From NCBI GenBank assembly GCA_963790255.1, contig CAWBOA010000004.1, positions 197,339 through 261,338 of the forward strand: DNA of 64,000 nt, written 5' to 3'. The position numbers were made by a program, and so were the translations under genes. This DNA is from an uncultured Chloroflexia bacterium. Lineage in GTDB: Bacteria > Chloroflexota > Limnocylindria > QHBO01. Positions 38,092 through 46,280 of this stretch are shown here, one piece after another (within the stretch, counting starts at the first letter, position 1; each line of letters opens with the position of its first letter). The notes beneath the pieces were generated by a model that searched no databases, was not told the origin of the DNA, and saw only the letters and a program-made list of their open reading frames with translations.

Positions 38092-38673
38092 ATGACCGAT
38101 CCCGTCCGCCGGCGTCCCCTCGTCGGGTCCCAGATCCGGCGGCGCCGGCTCGAGCGCGGCCTGACCCTGTCGGGCGTCGCGGAGCTCACCGGCCTGAACG
38201 TCGGATACCTCAGCCAGGTCGAGAACGACAAGGCGTCGCCCTCGCTCGAGACCCTGGCGGCCCTCGCCGCCGCACTCGATGTGCCGATCGCCTGGTTCCT
38301 GCTCGACCAGAGCATTGGCCCGCGCCTGGTCCGGGCATCGGAACGCCCGCGCCGGCGACTGCCGCGCGGGTCAGGCGCCATGTCCCAGATCGACGGCGGG
38401 ATTGCGCGCGACCTGGCGATCTTCGAGGGGGTGATGCCAGCCGGCTATCGGACGGGCTTTCACGCTCACCCCGGCGACGAGCATCACATCGTCATGTCGG
38501 GCCGCGTCCGGATCACCCAGGGCGATTCCGTCGTCGAGGCCGGGCCGGGCGACTACGTCCTGCTGGATGGGACACTGCCGCACGACGCTGAGACGGTCGG
38601 CGACGAGCCCGCGCGGCTGATCATCGTGTATCCCCGTGGTGGGCATTCGGAGCTGACGCGCCGCGACGGCTGA
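38092..38673 (+). CDS. XRE-family HTH + cupin domain transcriptional regulator
   Basis: HTH IRRRRLERGLTLSGVAELTGLNVGYLSQVENDKASPSLETLAALAAAL. C-terminal cupin HAHPGDEHHIVMSGRVRI...LPHD. Confidence 0.85.
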   Translation: MTDPVRRRPLVGSQIRRRRLERGLTLSGVAELTGLNVGYLSQVENDKASPSLETLAALAAALDVPIAWFLLDQSIGPRLVRASERPRRRLPRGSGAMSQIDGGIARDLAIFEGVMPAGYRTGFHAHPGDEHHIVMSGRVRITQGDSVVEAGPGDYVLLDGTLPHDAETVGDEPARLIIVYPRGGHSELTRRDG

Positions 38674-38682
38674 CGCGCGGGC

Positions 38683-39120
38683 CTATTCCGTCGATGCAAC
38701 GCTCCACTGGCGCAGCTTCGTCGGCGTGATGCGAATCGGGACCGAGTACTCGCCGGCAAAGCTCTCCGGATCGGTGCCGAGGCGCGCGATGAGACCGGCG
38801 TACTTCGCCCGATACCCATCGTGCTCAGCCGCTGAGGGGAGGGACGCATCGACGACCGCCTCACCGGCCAGGACGGTGATTTCGTCCCCGAGCTCGTCGG
38901 TCCGCATCGCCAGGGAGACCCGCGGGTTGGTCGCAATGTGGCGGAGCTTGGGCTTGTCGCGCTGCGAGTAGACGAGGACCGTCTCCCCGTCCCACCAGAA
39001 CCAGACGGGCGTCGGGACCGGGCTCCCGTCCGCCGAGACGGTGATGAGCCACACGACCAGCTCGTCGCGGAGTCGGGCATCGGCGCGTTCACCCTTCTCG
39101 GTTCCGGGATCGATCACCAT
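38683..39120 (-). CDS. PPOX-class (pyridoxamine 5'-phosphate oxidase-like) probable F420-dependent enzyme
   Basis: Pattern LVVWLITVSADGSPVPTPVWFWWDGETVLVYS....K.RHIATNPRVSL. AGGAG lies 7 nt upstream of the ATG. Confidence 0.75.
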   Translation of the reverse strand: MVIDPGTEKGERADARLRDELVVWLITVSADGSPVPTPVWFWWDGETVLVYSQRDKPKLRHIATNPRVSLAMRTDELGDEITVLAGEAVVDASLPSAAEHDGYRAKYAGLIARLGTDPESFAGEYSVPIRITPTKLRQWSVASTE

Positions 39121-39154
39121 CGGTCAGCTCCTGCAGTGTTTCGTGCGTGCGATC

Positions 39155-40387
39155 ATGCACGCGATGTTCTACGTCCGCCGCGGCGAGGTGCCGCACAAGC
39201 GCCACACCCAGTTCCGCAAGGACGACGGTGGGCTCTACGCGGAGGAGCTGTTCGGCGTCGAGGGCTTCAGCGGACGCGCCAGCCTGCTGTACCACCACAC
39301 GCCGCCGACCCAGACGCACCAGATCGAGAAGGTGCGCGACGTCCGGATCGAGCAGAGCGCGGACGAGGCCTCCGGGCCGCATCGGCATCGGCTGGTGAAC
39401 ACGAAGGACCTTCAGCCGCGCGGCGACGGGGTGACCGGGCGCGTGCCGCTGTTCTACAACGCGGACGTCACCTTCGGCGTGGTGCTCCCGGCGGAGCCGA
39501 TGGAGCGGTACTACCGCAACGGCGAGGCCGACGAGATGTTCTTCGTCCACACCGGGTCCGGCGTCCTGGAGACCAACTTCGGACCGATCGACTACGGCCC
39601 CGGCGACTACCTCGTCCTGCCGATCGGCACCACCTACCGGCTGCGGCCGTCAGGCGGCGACCAGCGCATGCTGTGGGTCGAGTCGCCCTCGGCCATCGTG
39701 CCACCCAAGCGCTACCGCAATGACTTCGGGCAGCTGCTCGAGCACTCCCCCTACTGCGAGCGCGACATCCGGCCGCCGGCCGAGATGGCGCCGATCATCG
39801 AGGACGGCGACTACGTCATCGAGGTCAAGACGCGCGGTCGGGTCACCGCCTACCACTATCACCATCACCCGTTCGACCTCATCGGCTGGGACGGTCACCT
39901 GTGGCCGTTCGCCTTCAACATCGGTGACTTCGAGCCGATCACGGGGCGCGTCCACCAGCCCCCGCCGGTCCACCTCACCTTCCAGCCGCGGAACTACGTC
40001 ATCTGCAGCTTCGTGCCGCGGAAGTTCGACTACCACCCACTCGCCATCCCGGCGCCCTACAACCACTCGAACATCAATTCGGACGAGGTCATCTACTACG
40101 TCGCCGGCAACTTCATGTCGCGCCGCGGCGTGGAGATCAGCTCGTTCACGATCCACCCGGCCGGCATCCCGCACGGCCCGCATCCGGGGTCGGTTGAGGC
40201 GTCGATCGGCAAGGAGGCCACCGAGGAGCTGGCGGTCATGATCGACACGTTCCATCCGCTTCACCTCACGAAGCAGGCCTCCGAGCTCGAGGACGACCGC
40301 TACCCCTACTCCTGGATCCCGCCGGACGATTCCCATGAGCACGCCCGCGAGCTCTCTGAGCGCGGCCCGGAGGCGTTCCCGGACTGA
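39155..40387 (+). CDS. hmgA: homogentisate 1,2-dioxygenase
   Basis: Matching segments: HKRHTQFR, EELFGVEGFSG..SLLYH, YRNGEADEMFFVHTGSG, PGDYLVLPIGTTYR, NYVICSFVPRKFDYHP..IPAPYNHSNINSDEVIYY, IHPAGIPHGPHPG. Start at ATG 39155 or 39164; the ORF-track start 39041 overlaps the divergent PPOX gene. Confidence 0.9.
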   Translation: MHAMFYVRRGEVPHKRHTQFRKDDGGLYAEELFGVEGFSGRASLLYHHTPPTQTHQIEKVRDVRIEQSADEASGPHRHRLVNTKDLQPRGDGVTGRVPLFYNADVTFGVVLPAEPMERYYRNGEADEMFFVHTGSGVLETNFGPIDYGPGDYLVLPIGTTYRLRPSGGDQRMLWVESPSAIVPPKRYRNDFGQLLEHSPYCERDIRPPAEMAPIIEDGDYVIEVKTRGRVTAYHYHHHPFDLIGWDGHLWPFAFNIGDFEPITGRVHQPPPVHLTFQPRNYVICSFVPRKFDYHPLAIPAPYNHSNINSDEVIYYVAGNFMSRRGVEISSFTIHPAGIPHGPHPGSVEASIGKEATEELAVMIDTFHPLHLTKQASELEDDRYPYSWIPPDDSHEHARELSERGPEAFPD

Positions 40388-40433
40388 GGCCATTCCCGGG
40401 CGTGAGTGTTCGCGTCGCGCCGAACCGTCCGAA

Positions 40434-40558
40434 CCTTCACCGGGTGACTGCTATGCGCCGCAGCGGCCCGCAACGGTTTGGAATCTTCACGGGATGAACG
40501 CCGGCGGCCGTGAATGACCGTTCAGGCTCCGGGAGGCTCCCTAACGTTCATGGGATGA
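40434..40558. repeat. cluster of short palindromic motifs TTCAY-N3-RTGAA between convergent genes
   Basis: Copies: TTCACcggGTGAC (40436-40448), TTCACgggATGAA (40486-40498) and TTCATgggATGAA (40546-40558, perfect). There is also an inverted-order copy GTGAAtgaccgTTCA (40510-40524). Confidence 0.5.
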
Positions 40559-40568
40559 AATCCGGACG

Positions 40569-41015
40569 CTACGACCCGCTGGCTGACCCTGCCCGCATCA
40601 GCTCCCGTGCGCGGGCGACCATCTCGACCAGCACGTCGAGGTCGATATCGGCGAGGCGCCTGAACGTGACGTTGCCGCTGCCGGCCTTCGCCTTGCCCAG
40701 GCGCGGCGCGTACTTCTTGCTGAGGTGCTGACCATCGTCCGCGGCGTTCACGTAGACGCTGATGTGGTCCTTCTGCTTCGCCAGTCCGACGATGAACCAC
40801 TCGCCAGTGCTGCCGCTCTTGCCGCGGTAGGTGTACGCGCCGTAGCCGATGATGTGCTGGTCGGTGCCGCCCCAGAACTTGCCCTCCCAGAGCACACGCT
40901 CCTCGCCGGCCATGGCGCCGGCGATCGCGGCGTCCAGGGTCGTCAGGTCCTCGCGGGCGTCGTCTGACAGAGAGGCCAGGTGCTCATCAGGGGTGACGGT
41001 GGACGAACGCTGCAT
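40569..41015 (-). CDS. DUF1801 (YdhG-like) domain protein
   Basis: 148 aa with the pattern ...FWGGTDQHIIGYGAYTYRGKSGSTGEWFIVGLAKQKDHISVYV...GKAKAGSGNVTFRRLADID, typical of DUF1801. Recognised from memory. Confidence 0.65.
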   Translation of the reverse strand: MQRSSTVTPDEHLASLSDDAREDLTTLDAAIAGAMAGEERVLWEGKFWGGTDQHIIGYGAYTYRGKSGSTGEWFIVGLAKQKDHISVYVNAADDGQHLSKKYAPRLGKAKAGSGNVTFRRLADIDLDVLVEMVARARELMRAGSASGS

Positions 41016-41024
41016 CCTCGCTCC

Positions 41025-41339
41025 TTACTCCGGGTCGGGACCGTCGACGTTGACGAGCTGGGGAGGGCCGCCGACCCGCAGGATGAAGGCCTCGACATCG
41101 GCCTCCGAGCTCGTCGTCTCGCGGTGGACGGTGTCGCTCGGAATGAAGATGAAATCGTCGGCACCGGCCACGACGCTCTCGCCACCACCAGGACCGAAGT
41201 CGACGGTCAGGGTGCCGGAGAGGACGTAGATGTACGAGTCGTTCGCGGCGTGATGGTGCCATCCGCCGGCCACGCCCGCATCGGTCCGAATCCAACCTGC
41301 CCAGCGCCCGTCGCGTTCGAAGAGCTGCCGGCGCTCCAT
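41025..41339 (-). CDS. cupin domain protein
   Basis: 104 aa with the cupin motifs GGWHHHAANDSYIYVLSGTL and IPSDTVHRE. Confidence 0.7.
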   Translation of the reverse strand: MERRQLFERDGRWAGWIRTDAGVAGGWHHHAANDSYIYVLSGTLTVDFGPGGGESVVAGADDFIFIPSDTVHRETTSSEADVEAFILRVGGPPQLVNVDGPDPE

Positions 41340-41464
41340 CCCGGGGTGGCGGCGGCCGTTGTTGCTTCGTCGGGATGGACGACGATGGGTCGACCACTCA
41401 TCGGCACACTCTAGAGCGGTGTACTCGCCGGAGGTAGCATCCCCCTTGCAGGAGGAGCGTTCAC

Positions 41465-41875
41465 ATGACCGATGCGACGGCGGTCCCCATCAACCTCTTC
41501 GAGAACGACCGTGAGCTCATGGTTGTCGCGCCGATGCCCGGGGTCTCCCCGGAGCACATCAGCATCGACGTGACCACCGACGGCCACCTCACCGTTCGCG
41601 CCAGCCAGCGCGGCGAGGGCCAGGAGCGCATCCGCTACCTCGTGCGTGAGTGGTCGTACGGGCCGTACGAGCGGACCATCGAGCTGCCGTGCGCCGTCGA
41701 TGCCACGCGCGCCAACGTCACCTACGGCAACGGCGTCCTGTCGATCACCTTCCCGAAGGCCGGTGTCACGAATGGGGGGCGCATGCTCGTCCAGCGCACC
41801 GGACACACCCGTGGACTGGTGGCCGGCCATCGCGGCACCAGAGGCGGTGACGACGACCGCTCCGGGCTGGCGTGA
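41465..41875 (+). CDS. Hsp20/alpha-crystallin family small heat-shock protein
   Basis: ACD pattern VVAPMPGVSPEHISIDVTTDGHLTVRA...YGPYERTIELP..VD...A.VTYGNGVLSITFPK. AGGAGG (41450-41455) lies 9 nt upstream of the ATG, with TAGCAT at 41435-41440. Confidence 0.85.
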   Translation: MTDATAVPINLFENDRELMVVAPMPGVSPEHISIDVTTDGHLTVRASQRGEGQERIRYLVREWSYGPYERTIELPCAVDATRANVTYGNGVLSITFPKAGVTNGGRMLVQRTGHTRGLVAGHRGTRGGDDDRSGLA

Positions 41876-42357
41876 TCCTCTACTTCCTGCGGCACGGGAA
41901 GGCCGGCCAACCGCGACCGACGAACGATGACGCCCGCGAGCTGACCGATGGCGGCCGCGACGCGCTGCGGGCCGCCGCTCCCCTATGGCGTCGGCTGAAC
42001 CTCCGGCCCGATGTCGTGATCAGCTCGCCGTTGCCTCGGGCCCTCCAGACAGCGGAGCTGTTCTGCGAGGCCGTCGGCGGATCGCCGATCACCGACGACC
42101 GCCTCCGCCCCGGCGCGAGCTGGGGCGATATGGCGCGCTCGATGGCCACGCACTCCGACGCGCGCCGGGTCATGTTCGTCGGCCACGAGCCCGACCTGTC
42201 GACGGCGATCGTGGACCTGACCGGCGCTGCATCGGTCCGCATGCGCAAGGGTGGGCTGGCGTGCGTCGAGTTCTACGGCGTTCCCGAGCCCGGCGGCGGG
42301 GAGATCGCCTGGCTCCTCGATCCGGACCTCTACGGCGACGGTGCCGGCGACGACTGA
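41872..42357 (+). CDS. sixA: SixA-type phosphohistidine phosphatase (histidine phosphatase superfamily)
   Basis: GTG 41872 overlaps the hsp20 stop (GTGA). The RHG catalytic motif appears in ILYFLRHGKAG, followed by VISSPLPRALQTAE and VGHEPDLS. Confidence 0.75.
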   Translation: MILYFLRHGKAGQPRPTNDDARELTDGGRDALRAAAPLWRRLNLRPDVVISSPLPRALQTAELFCEAVGGSPITDDRLRPGASWGDMARSMATHSDARRVMFVGHEPDLSTAIVDLTGAASVRMRKGGLACVEFYGVPEPGGGEIAWLLDPDLYGDGAGDD

Positions 42358-42388
42358 CGCGGGGACGCCGAACGAGGCCGAGCGGCGG

Positions 42389-42820
42389 ATGACGCGCATC
42401 GCCGCCTACGCGCTGTGCACCGATGGCGACGCCATCCTCCTCAGCCGGATCGCCCAGGGCTACACCTCTGACGCGGATGGGTGGTGGACGCTGCCCGGCG
42501 GAGGCGTCGACTTCGGCGAGCATCCCCGCGACGCTGCGCTGCGCGAGCTGGCCGAGGAGACCGGCCTCATCGGCGAGGTGACGGAGCTGGCGGACGTCGA
42601 CTCCTGGTCGGGGATGGTCGTGACCCCCGAGGACGGCATCGACACCGAGCTCCACGGGATCCGCGTCATCTATCGCGTGCGAATCGTCGGCGGCGAGCTT
42701 CGTGACGAGGTCGGTGGTTCGACCGATGCGTGCGCCTGGGTGCAGCGAGCCGACCTGGCATCCCTGCCGCTGGTCGAGCTCGCCGAGCTCGGGGCGAGGC
42801 TCGCCTTCGACCAGCCGTAG
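42389..42820 (+). CDS. NUDIX hydrolase
   Basis: Nudix box GGGVDFGEHPRDAALRELAEETGL. Start at ATG 42389. Confidence 0.8.
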   Translation: MTRIAAYALCTDGDAILLSRIAQGYTSDADGWWTLPGGGVDFGEHPRDAALRELAEETGLIGEVTELADVDSWSGMVVTPEDGIDTELHGIRVIYRVRIVGGELRDEVGGSTDACAWVQRADLASLPLVELAELGARLAFDQP

Positions 42821-42823
42821 ACT
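42818..42823 (+). promoter_or_regulatory. -10 box TAGACT (its TAG is the NUDIX stop codon), 7 nt upstream of ATG 42831
   Basis: The sequence reads ccgTAGACTgacggcgATG, with no SD. Confidence 0.3.
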
Positions 42824-42830
42824 GACGGCG

Positions 42831-43238
42831 ATGGCCGATCTCTCGCTGCACACGCTGCTCCTATGCGACTACGCGCTCACCGCCCAGGATGGGAAGATCA
42901 GCGCGGTCGGCGTCTTCAGCCAGATCAACGTGGCGCGGCTGCCGGCATCGCATGGGCGCTGCTTCATCGTCGCCATCCTGGAGGCCAGCCCGGGGACGCA
43001 CGAGCTGAGCATCCAGGTCGTCGGCCCGAGCGGAAAGCCGAGCCTTCAGCAGGCGCCCCGCCTGCGGATCGAGGTCCCACCGAACGCGACCACCGCGAAC
43101 ATCGTGGCCGACCTCAAAGGCATGCGGATCGAGGAGATCGGGCGACATCGGATCGAGATGCGGGCCGGTGATGTGCTCCTTGGCAGCACGCCGTTCACCG
43201 TCAACCTCATCCTGCGCCAGCAGCCAGGCAACGCCTGA
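42831..43238 (+). CDS. hypothetical protein
   Basis: 135-aa ORF from ATG 42831 with natural composition (MADLSLHTLLLCDYALTAQDGKISAVGVFSQINV...). No family recognised. Confidence 0.55.
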   Translation: MADLSLHTLLLCDYALTAQDGKISAVGVFSQINVARLPASHGRCFIVAILEASPGTHELSIQVVGPSGKPSLQQAPRLRIEVPPNATTANIVADLKGMRIEEIGRHRIEMRAGDVLLGSTPFTVNLILRQQPGNA

Positions 43239-43286
43239 TCGCCAACGAGTCTTGTTGGGCTCCTCTTGTGACGCTCCCTCATGTAA

Positions 43287-43420
43287 CGGCCAGGGAGGAG
43301 GCCATCCGGGCCACTGGATGGCCGATGCGTGACACGGCCTCACACGACGGCCAGGCAAGGAGCCTGTCCAGGCCATTGGATGGCCGATGCGTGACACGGC
43401 CTCAGACGACGGCAAGCACA
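43287..43420. repeat. non-coding tandem repeat, unit 61-62 bp, about 2.2 copies
   Basis: Unit A (43287-43347) and unit B (43348-43409) are about 85 percent identical. A partial third unit follows. Each unit holds the core GGCCAYTGGATGGCCGATGCGTGACACGGCCTCA, with the palindrome GGCCAT-TGG-ATGGCC. The unit length is not a multiple of 3. Confidence 0.85.
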
Positions 43421-43466
43421 CAGCCGATCCGGTGCTGCCTCACGGATCAAGCGGGCTCGTCGTTCC

Positions 43467-44192
43467 ATGGGCATGAACGATGCATTCGAGCGAGCCTTCT
43501 ACGCCTCAGATCCCGACTTCGACGGCCGTTTCGTCGCTGCCGTCCGGACCACCGGCATCTTCTGCCGTCCGTCGTGCCGCGTCCGAAAGCCGCTCCCGAA
43601 GAACGTCGAATACCTGGCCGATGCCGCCGCCGCCCGCGCGGCCGGCTACCGCGCCTGCCTGCGCTGCCACCCCGAGGATGCGACCCGCGTCCACCTGCGC
43701 GAGATCGCCACGCCACTCGGGCCGATGACGGTCGGCGTCACGGCCGACGCCGTGGTGCTGTGCGACTTCACGGAGCGGCCGATGATGGCGGTGCAGCTCG
43801 CCTCGGTCCGACGCCGGATCGGTCCGACCGCCCACGGCGACGCGCCGCTCCTCGACGTGGTGCAGGCACAGCTGGACGAGTTCTTCGCCGGCACCCGGAC
43901 GGAGTTCGACCTCCCGATGGAGATGCCGGGCAGCCACTTCCAGGAGCGGGTATGGGCCGAGCTACGGCGGATCCCCTACGGCGAGACGATCAGCTATCGC
44001 GACCTCGCGGCGCGCGTCGGCACTCCGGCCGCGTCCCGCGCCGTGGGCCGCGCCAACGGGTCGAACCGGTTGGCCGTTATCGTGCCATGCCATCGGGTCA
44101 TCACCAGTGGCGGCGGACTGGGCGGCTACGGTGGCGGGCTGCCGGCCAAGCGGTTCCTGCTTGACCTCGAAGGGGCGGCCGTGGCGGGCTAG
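43467..44192 (+). CDS. Ada-type Zn-finger methylphosphotriester acceptor domain fused to O6-alkylguanine-DNA methyltransferase (no AraC HTH)
   Basis: The N-terminal Ada_Zn_binding pattern is FDGRFVAAVRTTGIFCRPSCRVR...YRACLRCHP (4 Cys). The C-terminal MGMT region reads F...VWAELRRIPYGETISYRDLA...AVGRANGSNRLAVIVPCHRVI, with the PCHR active site. Confidence 0.85.
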   Translation: MGMNDAFERAFYASDPDFDGRFVAAVRTTGIFCRPSCRVRKPLPKNVEYLADAAAARAAGYRACLRCHPEDATRVHLREIATPLGPMTVGVTADAVVLCDFTERPMMAVQLASVRRRIGPTAHGDAPLLDVVQAQLDEFFAGTRTEFDLPMEMPGSHFQERVWAELRRIPYGETISYRDLAARVGTPAASRAVGRANGSNRLAVIVPCHRVITSGGGLGGYGGGLPAKRFLLDLEGAAVAG

Positions 44193-45320
44193 ATCGGCTG
44201 CCAGGCGCCCGAGTCGGCGCTGCGCAGCACGGCGTCCACGAAGCGCACGGCCCGTTCCCCGTCGGCGAACGTCGGATAGGGGGCGGGATCGCCGATGATC
44301 GATGCGTACACGTCGCGGAACAGGTCGCGAAGGGCGTCGCTCCAGCCTTCCGGGTGCCCGCCCGGCAGGGAGGGCACGCCGGGACCGGTCACTGCGGACG
44401 GTGTCCGACGCGTCGTCGTCGTGCCGGCATCCCGCTGGCTGTAGCGCAGCAGCTCCGGCTCCTCCTGACGCCATGCCAGGCTGGCCATGGAGCCCATCAG
44501 CTCCCAGCTGAAGTCGTTGGCGTGGCCCGCCGATACCTGGCTCACGAGAAAGGACCCGATCGCGCCGCCATCGAAGCGGAGCATGATGCTCGCGGCGTCC
44601 TCGGAGTCGACGGCGAATCGTTCGCCCGTCGCGGGTCCACGTTCGAACGTCGCAACCTCGCCGGATGGGCGCACGCGGTGTGTGATGAAGGTGCTCAGCT
44701 CGGCCATCACCTCGGTCGCACGGAGGCCGCTGACGTGCTCCACCGTGTCGAACCAATGCGACCCGATGTCGGCCACGGCACGTGACCGCCCGCCGGCGTC
44801 GGCCTCGACGCGCCAGTTGTAGTCCGAAGCGTCCAGAAGCCAGTCCTGAAGATAGGCGCCGAAGGCGATGCGCACGTCGCCGACCCGGCCGTCGCGCACC
44901 TCGTCATGCGCCCGTCGGACCATGGGATAGCCGCGATACGTGAACGCGACCGCGGCGTGTCGCCCGGTCGCCTCGGCACGCTGCCCGCAGGATCCCGGCC
45001 TCGGCTGCCGTAATGGCAAGCGGCTTCTCCATGACGACGTGCTTGCCGGCGTCGAGCGCGCGCAGCCCGATCTCGCCATGCGATGCGTTGGGGGTGCAGA
45101 CGTGGACGACGTCGATCGACGGATCGCCGAGCAGCTCTTCCACCGTCACGACCCGCTCGACACCCAGCTGCTCGGCTCGTGGCCGCGCCCGCTCGATACT
45201 CGAGCCCGCCAGGGCCACGACATCGGCCAGCCCGGTCCGCCGGGCCGCGTCGACGTGATGGGGTCCGATGAACCCGGTGCCGATGACCCCGATGCGCAGG
45301 CGCTCCGTCACGTCCACCAC
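44189..45320 (-). pseudogene. Gfo/Idh/MocA family oxidoreductase, 1 frameshift
   Basis: The N-terminal Rossmann half is LRIGVIGTGFIGPHH...HVCTPNASHGEI...KHVVMEKPLAITAAEAGILRAA (ORF 44904..45320). It continues in another frame as AEATGRHAAVAFTYRGYPMVRRAHDEV... to the stop (ORF 44189..45079). Hand-off near 44980. Confidence 0.75.
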
Positions 45321-46280
45321 GCCTCGGCCAGTGCCGGCTCGTTCGGCATCACGCCGCGCAGGAAGTCGACGCCCTTGCGGAAGCCCTCGTCGATCGAGAG
45401 GAGGGCATCCTCGTGCTCGATCGAGAGGACGCCGTCATAGCCGGCCAGGCGCAGCGCCGTCAGGATGCGACGCCACTCGATCTCGCTGTGCCCATAGCCG
45501 ACGGTGCGGAAGATCCACGCGCGCTCGGCGACCCTGCCCATCGGAACCGTGTCGAGCACGCCGTTCAGGCCGGCGTTCCGCGGATGGATGCGCGGTGTCC
45601 TTGGCGTGGGTATGGAAGATGGCACCGGCGCGGCCCAGCTCGTCGATCGCCATCTCGACATCGATTCCCTGCCAGAAGAGATGGCTGGGGTCGAGGTTGG
45701 CGCCGATGGCCTCCCCGCAGGCGTCCCGCAGCCGGAGCAGCGTGCGGGGGTTGTGGACGACGAAGCCGGGGTGCATCTCGAAGCCGAGCCGGACTCCGTG
45801 GCGCCGGGCGAGCTCGGCCTGCTCCGTCCAGTACGGGATGACCTTCTCGGTCCACTGCCACTCCAGCAGCTCGCCGTACTCGTTCGGCCAGGCGCACGTG
45901 ACCCAGTTCGGGTATCGCGCGTCGTCTGAGTCACCGGGACAGCCGCTGAAGAGGTTGACGGTGTCGACCTCGAGCCGCTCGGCGAGCTCGAGGGTGCGCA
46001 CGAAGACGTCATGCGCTGCGCCGGCAACGTCGCGCTGCGGATGGAGCGGGTTGCCGTGGCATGAGAGCGCGCTGATCTCGAGGCCGCGCGTCGTCACGGC
46101 TTCCCCGAAGGCGCGAAGCTTCCCATCGTCGGCGAGGAGCGCCGGCGCATCGCAGTGGGCGTCTCCGGGGTAGTTGCCGGTTCCGATCTCGACGCAGTCG
46201 AGCCCGGCGTCGACGGCGACGTCGAGAGCGGCCTCGAACGGTCGATCGGCGAAGAGGACGGTGAAGACTCCGAGCTTCAT
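45308..46280 (-). pseudogene. sugar phosphate isomerase/epimerase (xylose isomerase-like TIM barrel), 1 frameshift
   Basis: The first segment is MKLGVFTVLF...GFEMHPGFVV...IFHTHAKDT (ORF 45435..46280). It continues as IHPRNAGLNGVLDTVPMG...GYDGVLSIEHEDALLS... (ORF 45308..46027). Hand-off near 45595. Confidence 0.7.

Noticed and set aside
40486-40560. The repeated short peptide motif HGM(N/K) in two small plus-strand ORFs (40335..40517 and 40510..40731) suggested a small repeated-peptide gene. I also considered a guanidine-II (mini-ykkC)-like pair of hairpins.
   Set aside because: The peptide similarity is a by-product of the DNA palindrome TTCAYGGGATGAA. The ORFs overlap the DUF1801 gene on the other strand. 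The hairpins lack GC-closed ACGR tetraloops and lie downstream of both flanking genes.
41401-41440. Possible CIRCE or HAIR heat-shock operator upstream of hsp20.
   Set aside because: Only an 8-bp palindrome, CTCTAGAG (41409-41416), is present. There is no match to TTAGCACTC-N9-GAGTGCTAA or to CTTGAGT-N7-ACTCAAG.
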